Of a stretch of DNA of 64,000 nucleotides, positions 30,801 to 39,214 are shown piece after piece. The translations under genes were made by a program, and so were the position numbers. The notes under the pieces are model-generated. The model saw nothing but the letters and a program-made list of their open reading frames with translations, had not been told where the DNA came from and did not search any database. This stretch comes from a virus (Duplodnaviria; Caudoviricetes): positions 1,343 through 65,342 of the IMG/VR virus record IMGVR_UViG_3300030104_005071. The stretch is one strand, 5' to 3'. The first letter of the stretch is position 1, and the number at the start of each line of letters is the position of its first letter.

Positions 30801-32641
30801 GGGCATCTAAGTGGAACGGTTCTCTTGATGCGATGATGGAAGGTAGGGATGGTTTCGTGCTCGCAGGCGGTGTTCCTTATGCCTACAAGGATCTAAAGCG
30901 TATTGGCGTTGAAGAAGGTTTGGCTGCTTCGTTCCAGACAACGGAGTTGGGTACAAAGATTCGACGAGTGGGCCAAATGTTTTTGAACAATTATGAGAAA
31001 AAAACAGGTCTGCGTCAATTGCTCGGGTACGCAGGCGCGGACATACCTCGCTGGTTCGCAAAGATGGCTGAAGATCTCGCTGAAGGTTGGAGTGAGCGCG
31101 AGCGTTTTGGTGCAATGCTTACGTTAGTCGAGATGGGTGTTGAGCCTCGGAAGGCTGCACGCTTAGCAATTGACGCCCTATACGACTACGCAGGGTCGAT
31201 GTCGAAGTTTGATCGGAATATGTTGGTTCAAATCTTCTTCCCGTTTTGGGCGTTCCAGAAAAACGCAAACCGTCAACTTGTTGATGTGTTGTTCAGTCCT
31301 CGAGGCGCGTACCGTTTGGGTGTCTTGCGTCGGTCGTACGAAAGACAGGGTGAGTTTTTCTCCGAGATGATGTACGAAGGCATGGTTGATCCGTTGGGCA
31401 TCAACGTTGACATGATGGATGACAATGAGCTTGAAGCGTATGACGCTTTGAAAACTTCGTTAGAAGATTACTATGGTGTTCCGATTGCTCAGTTACCGGA
31501 AAATCTAAGGCGTTCGATTCGTATGGCTGTCACGGGTAGGTCTAGCGTATACGAGAATGGCAAGCTTTATAAGATGGACGACGAGGCAAGGCGTGTTCAA
31601 GAATTGTCTTACGCTGACCCGAAAACGGGAAAAGTCATACCGCGATTCTACAAAGGAAGATATCCACGTTCGTTTGTTGAAAAGCCTTCACCCGCGACAA
31701 TGCCTAAGTGGACAGGATCTCGTGATGCAGGGCTAATTCCCTACGCCGTAAATGAGCAGAACAAAATTTGGAACGACTTAATGAATGCGACCGATGGAAC
31801 TAGTCGGACGTACACCGCAGTTATGTTTCCTGAGCAGAGCTACAAAGCTGCGGGTAATTTCTTTATGTACCTAACAGCTACGTATTTTCATCTGGGTCGA
31901 GAGATTGCCACGAAAGTCGGACCCGAATATTTTATGGACCCAATTGATGAGGGTAGCGAGACTTACTCATGGTCGTACCCAATGATGGAGCTTTTGCGGC
32001 CTGAGAGTGCGCTTTTTGTTTCTGACGCAGCGGGGGCTACAGGACTCGATAAGAATCCGATGCCTTATCAATTAGCCCCAACCGCAGCTAACTTTTTGCG
32101 TCGGTTGGATTGGGAAATTTTACCCGTAGACGCAAAAGAAGATCCATTTAAGATGCGGTTAAGTCACAGTGAGTTTAAGCGTCGGATGGCTGCTGGCGAC
32201 ATTGAAGCAATTCCTGAAGACCCGTACCTCAATGGTGAGACTTTACTACCTCAAAATAACTACTACCTACCAGGCGGTGTAGCAGCCTTTACAATGCAGC
32301 AATTGGTTCCAGGATTTGATCAAGTAAATACTATTCTTAAACAAATGGAAATGTCGCAGCCAGAAGAGCTTTCAGGTCTTCGTGGAGAGCTTCAAAGAGT
32401 CCTCCGAGTTTATGGTGTATTAGATACTCGAGATTTCTCACCGGAGAAAGTCGCTCGGAGTGGTGGTTATCAGAAGCTAGACGAAACTCGTGACCAGCAA
32501 TTGTTAGAGATTAAAAAGAAACAAAACTTAAAGTATTTGAACCTTGATGATTTTGCGCGGCAGGAAGATGCTCGGGCGAAAGAAACTTTAGAGCGTTTGA
32601 AAAAACAAGATCCAGGTGACATGGAGATCGACCTGGAGTAA
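24869..32641 (+). CDS. Giant ejection/polyvalent protein: tail lysozyme + GNAT + degenerate metallopeptidase-like + C-terminal LPD-like region
   Basis: AAILANGIAESRLDP...GIWQF (lysozyme); VALPENLQGKGIATKLY (GNAT motif A); EETFARAFAEY; YDY...FPFWAFQKN. True start may be GTG 24887. Confidence 0.75.
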   Translation: MESNTVVAETDTPVEPDLSEATESMLSLPAEGEDTEIEEDNIDLKPYTLAETIRTQRDLAFAPDIPKELQGKFLSVPEIVEAHSQRLGISKQRLKRAAANQGLDLSVLITGIGSQGRDVNDVFKELKDLGTVAFDPPETRTDKMKEFRRARMTDQRQVDINKIANAKIDAGKVKFNFSPEELAVTRPQKTVDFKKIKDLSKRQAAVAEIVYDMGSDTGMSRDQMAAILANGIAESRLDPFAESPGSEDSHGIWQFNRGGSGEGVGFTVEQLQDPKFQMEKIIAATKDRDELKGFRDTNADANELTKQFMIHFEKPQNQSETKIKQRQSYVAQAQRLLDEAEKNSPKAQHMAKVTKEKSKQLKRIVNEGSRVKFRVGTDREAPGGDVANEVVKPGSKVYKEVEDEVEILINPDKAREKGGDPKRARLMQNLLAKYRSGDTSDQLHNLFEEGAFYDLYSSAVNYDVDLAASKLGIDPNEFMLKAKDARSKEGQIWREILRSNRDQAAKFQTLNKLGVPAFVSYEFMDPDNWMGERRTDSDDPYLSRWWDATSGNRVELVGLDKDKIPVFRAQHHLASFADKLDLVLSMGAGALERSLRGPEDESLGEAIKEGSIEGIKNARNLTKFMLSTEAARSNGISALALGMVGFGGDILTPDPTIGLAMVASSTRKAAKKIAPLLNKRHIPKALDDMDTVATEMIESQKLIVRAKEEFAAGNIEAGQNLLDQAKEAALKAERAERNIKSKLPKLMEEVDRTDGGLAREIARDTPIIKGGKESDQAAKEIGFSDFGVRRDFVHPSYNRIEARGGGDSQIVRRSEFFDVSTKIDNLKDLATRIEAGDVGKAYTPEVLSEALTPLQNTFATILAGRGFSKAKSAKTQSPEVTDSLISFFDFLGSTRTAEMMVEEPEKFRATAMDMFNRIPTLPRKTEIFGDLEGDITKALDKAAKIAARSDKATEAADLSKTLVDVTDGVAGIAESRGASHALVRGAIAGEQGVKIKPSIPDVASRYDEIGNDKISFTALDFRNELETAFPALRGDSAMHIARYLDARLKAIHRETNEPVEIIFETREFKDIIPNLKRKQLAETGEEAADVQFSKVLDSEGRDYGFENITTKEIRDLIDDSTDLGAGLGFKVEDGVLSIREVALPENLQGKGIATKLYKAALRRAKEAGLSFTSDQNPTPEVAKIYERLMEEGIPIEVKTVRESGRFVTRYTISSDKLSKVSDDLLEFVDEAKQLENYKNLWLPDFVEDGQKTVRAMEEATNVEDFMLEINRISRHELNQDQMSAVTKWLSSKGIKVGFRGSRFVADDPAAIQQAEETFARAFAEYVDGQPPPTEKIESAFERVKGALVDRFASAKNASVDGAKFNPSAEIEKVFGDMLANQPANSKNAPKIFSIIKRALIDDLPTNTTQEFLVSIAKETDRMGNPISVKELKQRMVQLVEQYKKADPLDRKDIRIELPAPVSLGGLLSPTGPKQSFTLEEFSRGALNYAQRKRLIDNPGTRKIALESDVSPIRELQPTQIIDQYLSQSNVVKRFIGRTYLGFDALEDMRDLPPKVREAIMAGTRMTQQSIGDAVSLVSDGDYSMLLRYLTGDPTVKLRTGRQVFSAGHDSVSDGFESFRSYIESFALEDAMGYNRLVEYFETGKIGKKSATQFPDEVAKAAKTLILNSKGNRLLKDIFGSLKPGHVIESDSNTIRPEHLEIIENLFYHTGKSRRKNAQDVLTLFRGSSRQQFDSLYKMLDEMYPMKTAKDHPVANRVAVLFSAHGAAMKARKEWVDLGIAVDAKTAADFKKWIIGEGLDTDAEAAKVKQAFQVFGYNPRFMEALELDGFGDVWVPAAARRKLALALEQATDPTIKLDFGMLETIGQGLREANMSAAAAAFTFRYLKTKMVRGHFLLKSRYFWMNTMDHFNQMSQIVGFRPAFISSVRLVPQSLVTNPWVQTALVGIQKAGKDDVGEVMRGALSAAGDEGARWASALMRASKWNGSLDAMMEGRDGFVLAGGVPYAYKDLKRIGVEEGLAASFQTTELGTKIRRVGQMFLNNYEKKTGLRQLLGYAGADIPRWFAKMAEDLAEGWSERERFGAMLTLVEMGVEPRKAARLAIDALYDYAGSMSKFDRNMLVQIFFPFWAFQKNANRQLVDVLFSPRGAYRLGVLRRSYERQGEFFSEMMYEGMVDPLGINVDMMDDNELEAYDALKTSLEDYYGVPIAQLPENLRRSIRMAVTGRSSVYENGKLYKMDDEARRVQELSYADPKTGKVIPRFYKGRYPRSFVEKPSPATMPKWTGSRDAGLIPYAVNEQNKIWNDLMNATDGTSRTYTAVMFPEQSYKAAGNFFMYLTATYFHLGREIATKVGPEYFMDPIDEGSETYSWSYPMMELLRPESALFVSDAAGATGLDKNPMPYQLAPTAANFLRRLDWEILPVDAKEDPFKMRLSHSEFKRRMAAGDIEAIPEDPYLNGETLLPQNNYYLPGGVAAFTMQQLVPGFDQVNTILKQMEMSQPEELSGLRGELQRVLRVYGVLDTRDFSPEKVARSGGYQKLDETRDQQLLEIKKKQNLKYLNLDDFARQEDARAKETLERLKKQDPGDMEIDLE

Positions 32642-32683
32642 AAAAGTGTTACAATGGACGCAGCTTTGCGCCAGGAGCTATAG

Positions 32684-33115
32684 ATGATTAAGCAATTTAC
32701 GAAGTACGGGTATTCGTACAGTCACAATGACACGATAACTACCACGTACAATAATACAGGTTTTGCAATTACTTCTGATGCGACTAACTCTCCATCAGCG
32801 GCATCTTTTCCGAACGATTGTTATATTGATTCTATCGAGCTTGAAGGTTCTGGAGTCGCCGCAGGAGAAAATGTAACCCTTTATCTCGCACGAGATTCTG
32901 CTGGAGCCGTACCAATCACAACGGATGCACTTCCAGGTGCAACGCAAGCGCCTACACTTCGGACTGGTAGTACTGGCGGCTATTCTTTTGCTGTGGGCAA
33001 GGATTACCACTTCGACTCAAGTGTGACAAACAGCACTTCGGGCACGCTGTATTTGTTTGCCAAAACGGCGGCAGGTGCCATAACGGCCAACATTAGAGTC
33101 AACTGGAGGTCGTAA
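32684..33115 (+). CDS. Small beta-rich structural protein
   Basis: 143 aa, T/S/G-rich, SD AGGAG, preceded by TGTTACAAT. Confidence 0.6.
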   Translation: MIKQFTKYGYSYSHNDTITTTYNNTGFAITSDATNSPSAASFPNDCYIDSIELEGSGVAAGENVTLYLARDSAGAVPITTDALPGATQAPTLRTGSTGGYSFAVGKDYHFDSSVTNSTSGTLYLFAKTAAGAITANIRVNWRS

Positions 33116-35622
33116 TGGGTAGTAGCTCAAGCACGGTAGGAAATGTTTTTGATGCATCCGTTCAGGCTGACGCCGATGGAAAAGTCACAATTGAGGGTGA
33201 CTTAGACGTAAAGGGAACTACAACCAGTATTGAAACGGTAAACCTTAAGGTAGAAGATAAGCTGATTGAGCTTGGTAGCGGCGTTACCGGTTCACCAAGC
33301 GGTGACGGTGGCATTATTCTTGAACGTGGAAGCTCTGCGAACGCATCTTTGATCTGGGACGAAACTGCTGACCGATGGGTTGTCTCAACCACCACCGCCA
33401 CAGGTTCCAGTAGCGGTGACCTAACCCTTACTGATGCTGCCTTACAAGCTGCGGCTATTGTCGCCTCCGGTGATATCTCCACTACCGGCGATATTATTCT
33501 CGACGATGGTGGATCGCTAAAAGAGGCTGGAGGCACCGAAGCGTTCACATTTGACGGGTCGGGTAACGTAACCAAGATTGGTGTTGACACCCAAACTCCC
33601 GGTCACTTTCTCAAGTGGAACGGTTCGAAGTGGCTCGCGTCGGCAGTTACCGGACAAGTTGCAGGTTCCGTTGCGGCAGACGACATCAGCACGGGCGATG
33701 CCGCAGTTACTATCGCAACCAGCGCGGGTAACATTACGATTGATGCTCAAGGCAATGACACCGATATTATCTTTAAGGGTACGGACAACAATCAAGACAC
33801 TACGTTTTTGACACTGGACGGCTCCGAAGCAGGTAAAGCTACTTTCAACGCAGAAGTTGTTGCCCCTTCTCTTGACATCAGTGGTGATGTTGACGTTGAC
33901 GGGACACTCGAAGCCGATGCAATCACGGTGGGTGACGTTGCTCTCAACACTGTCATTGCTGGCGTCACAGTTACGAATGCGACGAACGCTACCAACGTTG
34001 CCGTCACGGATGAGTCTTCCGACACGACATGCTTTCCATTGTTTGCTACGGGCGCTACGGGTAATCAAGCGCCTAAAAGTGGTAGCAACTTAACGTTCAA
34101 CTCATCAAACGGTACGCTCGGCGCAACAGAGTTTTCGGGTGGTGGCTCGGCCATCACGGGGCTCGACGGCTCAAACATTGGATCTGGAACAGTCAACGCT
34201 GCGCGAATGGCTGCGGCTCAAACTGCGATTACATCGATCTCAAACAGCAGCCTTGTGGTTGGTCATGGCTCATCGCACGCAAACATCGATTTCAATACGG
34301 ACAATGAGATCAACTTTGATATTGATGGTACGGCCCAGATTGTTCTCAAAGATGGTGTTCTTGAGCCTGTAACAGATGCCGATGTCGATCTTGGTTCATC
34401 TGCCAAGCAGTTTAAGGACGGTTTCTTTCACGGCACTTTGGAAGCAGATGCGATTGAGGTTAACGGTACGGCGCTTGCTACAGTCATTGCCGGAACAACA
34501 GTTACGAACGCAACCAATTCGGCTCATGTGCTTGTCACAGACAATGAAAGTACGAATGAAGAAAACCTGATTACGTTTGTTGAGGGTGCCACTTCAAGTA
34601 CTGGTAACGTTGGCTTGGAGATGGACGGTCACCTGACCTACAATCCGAGCAGCGGTACAGTCACGGCTACGGTCTTCAAGGGTAACATCGATGCCGTCGA
34701 CGGAGACTTCGATGGCACACTTGAGGCTGACGCGATCACTGTGGGTGGCACCAACCTACTGACCGGGGGAGTCGTCACCTCTCTTGGAACCATTACTCAA
34801 GACACGGTGACGTTTACATCGTCGGCCCAACTTGACCCACTGGTAATCATTCAGAACACCGCAAATGATGCAGATGCTCCACGTCTTCGGTTTGTGAAAG
34901 ATAAGGGTGCTGCTGGTGCCGATGCAGATGGTTGCGGTGAGATTGAGTTTTACGGTGACGATGACCAACAACACAACATTATGTTTGCAAAGATTCGTGC
35001 AGAGGTAGCTGACGCATCAAATGATGCGGAAGGTGGACGCCTGATGCTTGGTGTTGCTACCGAAGATGGCGAGTTTCAGAACGGACTCGTAATCGAAGAC
35101 GGTAGCGAAGAGGATGAGATTGATGTCATCATCGGTAACGGAATCAACTCAGTAGTTACCGCAAACGGATACTCAAAAGCACTAAACGGTTTTCTTGTGC
35201 CAGAGCAAAGGTCTGTACACATTGAAACACCGATGCTGGCTACAGCCGATCACACAGCAACAGGCATCACAACATTGATGACCGCGAGCGAAAACATTGC
35301 TCAAGGTGATTTGGTTTACGTGTCGGGTAATGGAACGATTGGTAAAGCGGACGCAAACCTTATTGCTAAGGTGCCCGCGATTGGGTTGGCCGTGGCAGCT
35401 ATCAATCAAAACGCTGCTGGAGCCGTGCTGCTTCGCGGAATGTGGCGCGATGACTCTTACAATTTTACCGCTGGTAACCGCTTATTTCTTCACACAGACG
35501 GGACTGTGACGGCGACTGCCCCAAGCGGAAACAATGATGTCGCCCAAGCTGTGGGTGTAGCCCTTAGCGATGACGTTATCTACTTCAGCCCTGATATGAC
35601 TCTGGTGGAGATTACTGCTTAA
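33115..35622 (+). CDS. Tail fibre protein with internal repeats
   Basis: 835 aa, G/T/D/A-rich; VEDKLIELG N-terminal motif; 3x GTLEADAI; C-terminal cement-like domain. Confidence 0.75.
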   Translation: MGSSSSTVGNVFDASVQADADGKVTIEGDLDVKGTTTSIETVNLKVEDKLIELGSGVTGSPSGDGGIILERGSSANASLIWDETADRWVVSTTTATGSSSGDLTLTDAALQAAAIVASGDISTTGDIILDDGGSLKEAGGTEAFTFDGSGNVTKIGVDTQTPGHFLKWNGSKWLASAVTGQVAGSVAADDISTGDAAVTIATSAGNITIDAQGNDTDIIFKGTDNNQDTTFLTLDGSEAGKATFNAEVVAPSLDISGDVDVDGTLEADAITVGDVALNTVIAGVTVTNATNATNVAVTDESSDTTCFPLFATGATGNQAPKSGSNLTFNSSNGTLGATEFSGGGSAITGLDGSNIGSGTVNAARMAAAQTAITSISNSSLVVGHGSSHANIDFNTDNEINFDIDGTAQIVLKDGVLEPVTDADVDLGSSAKQFKDGFFHGTLEADAIEVNGTALATVIAGTTVTNATNSAHVLVTDNESTNEENLITFVEGATSSTGNVGLEMDGHLTYNPSSGTVTATVFKGNIDAVDGDFDGTLEADAITVGGTNLLTGGVVTSLGTITQDTVTFTSSAQLDPLVIIQNTANDADAPRLRFVKDKGAAGADADGCGEIEFYGDDDQQHNIMFAKIRAEVADASNDAEGGRLMLGVATEDGEFQNGLVIEDGSEEDEIDVIIGNGINSVVTANGYSKALNGFLVPEQRSVHIETPMLATADHTATGITTLMTASENIAQGDLVYVSGNGTIGKADANLIAKVPAIGLAVAAINQNAAGAVLLRGMWRDDSYNFTAGNRLFLHTDGTVTATAPSGNNDVAQAVGVALSDDVIYFSPDMTLVEITA

Positions 35623-36758
35623 TGGGTGACATTAGCCAAATAAACGATGTCGCTGCGGCGAATATCAGCCAGGTTAATGATGTTGCTAAGGCAAACATTA
35701 GTGAGGTGAACGATCAGGGTGTCGCCGCTTCTGGTCCTTCACGGTTGTTTATTGGTTTGGCCGATGCTCGTGTCGGTCAGGTTCCTATCGCAGATGTCGA
35801 TGACGTAAATGATTGGAACGCCAATGTTTATTACGCACGAAATAACGATACTTGGGATCTCACAGACATTGCAGTCGGAAAAGATGGCAGTGGAAATAAG
35901 ATGTACGCAGCCGTAATTAACGCTAACAACCCAGAAATTATCTACGCCAGTGAGTCTGATTTTTTAGCTAAAAACCAGTGGACAGAGGTCAACCTTACAC
36001 TCAAGCAGCGCACACTTCTTTGGGGTAACGATGTTTGGGTCTCCACAGGAAACATGACAGCGAGTGTTCAACACATCTATCGAAGTACAAATGGGTCAAC
36101 CTGGAGCGAGGTTGATATTTCTGGGCTTGGTAATATTAGCTCTCTCTATGCAAACGGTATCTACGCTCTCACATCAAACGGAAACGGTACGTGGTACATG
36201 GCGTGTAAGGGGGAGATTTACAAGAGCACTGATAATGCGTCTTCATGGTCTCTTGAGCACACGGTAAGTAGTGTTGGCGACAGAATCTGGGATTTAGTTA
36301 TTACCAACAACACTCTAGTGTGCCTGTATCAATCTGGGGGGCCTAAGCTGATCAGTGCGGCACTTAGTGATACTACTGACTGGAGCAGTGCTGTAAGTGT
36401 TACAGGTACAGACAACCTTTCTCTTGGGTCCACAGCCAAACGTATGGCTGCTGGAAATGGGAGAGTTGTTGTTATCGACACTTCCAGGTCAGTAGGTTTT
36501 GATGTAAGCGGCAAAACCATTACTGCGCAGACCGATAGACTAACCCTCCCCGACGAAGGAAACCTAAACTGCATTTGCACCGATGGTGCAGGAACCTTTT
36601 GGACGGGCAGTGATGGCGGAAATACTGGAACCGATGGCGGTGACATTTGTCGTAGCAACGATAATGGTGCGTCGTGGACTCGAACCGTTCATGGCATCGA
36701 CGGAAATCAGACACGCAAGGTCGAAGGTATCGGCGTTGACCTTTATCTACCACTTTAA
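35622..36758 (+). CDS. Beta-propeller (BNR/Asp-box) receptor-binding-like protein
   Basis: YRSTNGSTW, YKSTDNASSW, RSNDNGASW; N-terminal 3x 11-aa (D/N)ISx(I/V)ND repeat. Confidence 0.7.
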   Translation: MGDISQINDVAAANISQVNDVAKANISEVNDQGVAASGPSRLFIGLADARVGQVPIADVDDVNDWNANVYYARNNDTWDLTDIAVGKDGSGNKMYAAVINANNPEIIYASESDFLAKNQWTEVNLTLKQRTLLWGNDVWVSTGNMTASVQHIYRSTNGSTWSEVDISGLGNISSLYANGIYALTSNGNGTWYMACKGEIYKSTDNASSWSLEHTVSSVGDRIWDLVITNNTLVCLYQSGGPKLISAALSDTTDWSSAVSVTGTDNLSLGSTAKRMAAGNGRVVVIDTSRSVGFDVSGKTITAQTDRLTLPDEGNLNCICTDGAGTFWTGSDGGNTGTDGGDICRSNDNGASWTRTVHGIDGNQTRKVEGIGVDLYLPL

Positions 36759-36764
36759 GGAAAT

Positions 36765-37160
36765 GTGATGAGTACTTATTTGAAAACAGCTAATTTAGAC
36801 AGCAGCATTTTATCTTACAAGATTGTGGAAGATATTCGATTGGATCAAACAGCGATTACTGATGTAACTCAGAGTGATGGTACGCTTTATTCGATCGAGA
36901 TCGACGCAAGTGCGGCAAATCAAAATCAAACTCAGTATTTGAAGCTCAAATTGCAGACGGGTGACGTTACTGTAGGAACAACACCCCCGGATATAATGAT
37001 TGAGTGTGTTGCTCAGCAAATAACTACTGTTAACTTTCCTAGCGGCGTAGCATTCACTACTTTGTCTGCGTGGTTGACGAGCAGTAATGCCGACGCGGCT
37101 ACGACAAACACAGAAGCAGCGGCTGGACGATACACAATTGTTAGATTCGTGACTAACTAG
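36765..37160 (+). CDS. Small beta-sandwich structural protein, paralog A
   Basis: DV...GTLYSIEID...FPSG. Confidence 0.65.
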   Translation: MMSTYLKTANLDSSILSYKIVEDIRLDQTAITDVTQSDGTLYSIEIDASAANQNQTQYLKLKLQTGDVTVGTTPPDIMIECVAQQITTVNFPSGVAFTTLSAWLTSSNADAATTNTEAAAGRYTIVRFVTN

Positions 37161-37168
37161 GAGAAATT

Positions 37169-37561
37169 ATGTCATTAACAAAGGGAACAATTCCTCAGAG
37201 GTTAGCTGAAACTTTAATCCTCGATAAAACTGCGGACTCAACGCCGTCCAATAACGTTTTCGTGGGGGTAACTTTAGCGAATAAAATTTACTCCGTTAAA
37301 ATTGATAACTCTGGAATTAATGCTGTGTCTTACGTGAAGGGACAGTTTGCGACTACGTATACAACCAACAACAGTCCAATTGTTCGCTGGTATGCGCCAG
37401 CAAATTCGATCGTTGAGTACGTATTTCCAAAAGGTTGGCCTACTGGTGGCATGAGTACAGGATTTAGCTTTATTGGTACGTCGACAGACGCTAGTACAGG
37501 TACTCAAGCAGATCCAATTTCACCGGGTATTCTCAAAGTAACTCTTCTCGCAGGAACATAA
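37169..37561 (+). CDS. Small beta-sandwich structural protein, paralog B
   Basis: NNV...IYSVKIDN...YVFPKG. Confidence 0.65.
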   Translation: MSLTKGTIPQRLAETLILDKTADSTPSNNVFVGVTLANKIYSVKIDNSGINAVSYVKGQFATTYTTNNSPIVRWYAPANSIVEYVFPKGWPTGGMSTGFSFIGTSTDASTGTQADPISPGILKVTLLAGT

Positions 37562-37562
37562 G

Positions 37563-37754
37563 ATGAAAAATTTTATCAACTCTCTTTTTTGCTCGCAAAA
37601 ACGAGTATCTTGGCGTCGACTTGCCGTGCTCGCTCTGGGCACCGGATTGTTGGCCGCTGGTCTTCTTAATTCTGAGCAATGGCTTTATCTTAGCCTTGCT
37701 TATATCGCTGGTGATTCTGCCGAAAAAGCGATGAGTGCGATCGCAAAGAAGTAG
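37563..37754 (+). CDS. Small two-TM membrane protein (holin-like)
   Basis: SWRRLAVLALGTGLLAAG...QWLYLSLAYIAG. Confidence 0.55.
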   Translation: MKNFINSLFCSQKRVSWRRLAVLALGTGLLAAGLLNSEQWLYLSLAYIAGDSAEKAMSAIAKK

Positions 37755-37761
37755 GTGACGT

Positions 37762-38121
37762 GTGGCGATAGCTTTATCTAGCACAGGGTTTCAAGATGCC
37801 GTTGATTATAAAGTAATCGTCTGCACAGGGATTGATGCGATAACAGCCCAAACAAACGTGGCGAATACTTCGGGCACTTTGTATGGGATGATTATTGATT
37901 CAACAAATTCCTCGGATAATGTGACTCTCCACATATACGACTCCCAAGTTTCGTCTGTGGGTCAGCTTGCGGTCAAAGGAAAAGCTTCGTCGATTAAAAC
38001 GTATTCGATTCCTCAAGGCTTTGCTTTTACTGAGTTAAAGTTTTACGTGAGCAAACTGAGTACAGCGGCGGATAATACAGCTTTTGCCGGAAGCGTTGAT
38101 ATTCGTTTAATCTGTGGGTAA
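37762..38121 (+). CDS. Small beta-sandwich structural protein, paralog C
   Basis: NV...GTLYGMIID...YSIPQG. Confidence 0.65.
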   Translation: MAIALSSTGFQDAVDYKVIVCTGIDAITAQTNVANTSGTLYGMIIDSTNSSDNVTLHIYDSQVSSVGQLAVKGKASSIKTYSIPQGFAFTELKFYVSKLSTAADNTAFAGSVDIRLICG

Positions 38122-38126
38122 AAGTC

Positions 38127-38507
38127 ATGGCAGTAACTAAAACAACTACGATTACATCTCTTGGAGGTAACCTCGTTGTTGACTTTACTGCGGACGCCAC
38201 GTCTGAGAACAACGTTACGGGCAATACTTCAGGTTCTTTCTACCTAATTGAGATCGATAACACAGCAAACTCGAATAGTTTAGCATACGTAAAAATACGG
38301 GATGCGGCATCGGCCACGCCGAATAATGCGAGCACAGGCATTCCTACGTGGCAGTTTGTTGCCCCTAAAGCGAGCAAAATTACGTACACTTTTCCTGAAG
38401 GTCAGGATTATGTCGCAGGTTTAAGTATGTGGTGCACTACAAATCCCGCACACCAAAACACAAGCTCGCCAGGTAGTGCTGTAGTAGTAAAAATTATCTC
38501 GTCGTAG
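38127..38507 (+). CDS. Small beta-sandwich structural protein, paralog D
   Basis: NNV...GSFYLIEIDN...YTFPEG. Confidence 0.65.
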   Translation: MAVTKTTTITSLGGNLVVDFTADATSENNVTGNTSGSFYLIEIDNTANSNSLAYVKIRDAASATPNNASTGIPTWQFVAPKASKITYTFPEGQDYVAGLSMWCTTNPAHQNTSSPGSAVVVKIISS

Positions 38508-38515
38508 GAAACAGG

Positions 38516-38911
38516 ATGGCTAAAATGGACCCCGTAACACTTACCGTAATCGCAGTTGTCGCATCTCTTGGTATGGGCTTCGGTGCTGGTTGGGGCCTTA
38601 AGCCCGACGCAGGCACAAAGGCTATTGAGGCGCAAACAGAGGCTATTAAGGAATTGAACAGCGGTAACCAGGCGCTCGTCGACAAGGTGCAAGAAGTTGC
38701 CGTAGAAGAAGCAAAAAGAGAGACCGTAATCGCGGATAAACTTACGGATATGCCACCCCCCTGCGTCAAAGAAGTCGGCGGAGATCCTATGTCATTGCAA
38801 TGTATGTGGGCTCTATGTATTAGAACGGGTGAAACAGATAAGCAACGATGTGAGCCGTCTAAGTTGACGGATAAGCTACTCGGGTCTTATAGTTATTCTG
38901 AGTCGCATTAA
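38516..38911 (+). CDS. Membrane-anchored coiled-coil protein, spanin-like
   Basis: N-terminal TM, coiled coil, four C-terminal Cys; in lysis region. Confidence 0.45.
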   Translation: MAKMDPVTLTVIAVVASLGMGFGAGWGLKPDAGTKAIEAQTEAIKELNSGNQALVDKVQEVAVEEAKRETVIADKLTDMPPPCVKEVGGDPMSLQCMWALCIRTGETDKQRCEPSKLTDKLLGSYSYSESH

Positions 38912-38922
38912 TAGGGGGTATA

Positions 38923-39213
38923 ATGGATCTCAAAGATATGGTTGTACCTGGAATTACAATTGTATTCGCCGCAGGTATTTCGTTTGCTTCTTTTGAGTCT
39001 GCTGCATCTGATGTGGATGACATTGAAAAACGCGTCACGGTTCTTGAGTCAGGGTCTGGGAAACAAGAGGTGGTCGATGTCAAGATTGAAGGCATTGAAA
39101 ACCGTCTTGAAAAGATGGAAGACCTCATGGCTAAGATGCTTGAAGTGCAGCAACAGCAAGCCATTAACCAAGCCAAGATTTGCCAAGCTACCAACGCAGA
39201 ATGTAGTCCGTAA
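38923..39213 (+). CDS. Single-TM coiled-coil protein of the lysis region
   Basis: TM followed by heptads (IEKRVTVLE, IENRLEKME). Confidence 0.55.
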   Translation: MDLKDMVVPGITIVFAAGISFASFESAASDVDDIEKRVTVLESGSGKQEVVDVKIEGIENRLEKMEDLMAKMLEVQQQQAINQAKICQATNAECSP

Positions 39214-39214
39214 T

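Noticed and set aside
33901-34745. DGR template/variable repeat in the fibre
   Set aside because: Differences are at synonymous positions, not adenine-specific, and no reverse transcriptase is in the window.
38942-39214. 91-codon upstream extension of the endolysin, or frameshift fusion with the TM protein
   Set aside because: It overlaps a well-formed gene, has no SD or clear slippery site, and the peptide looks like a shadow frame.
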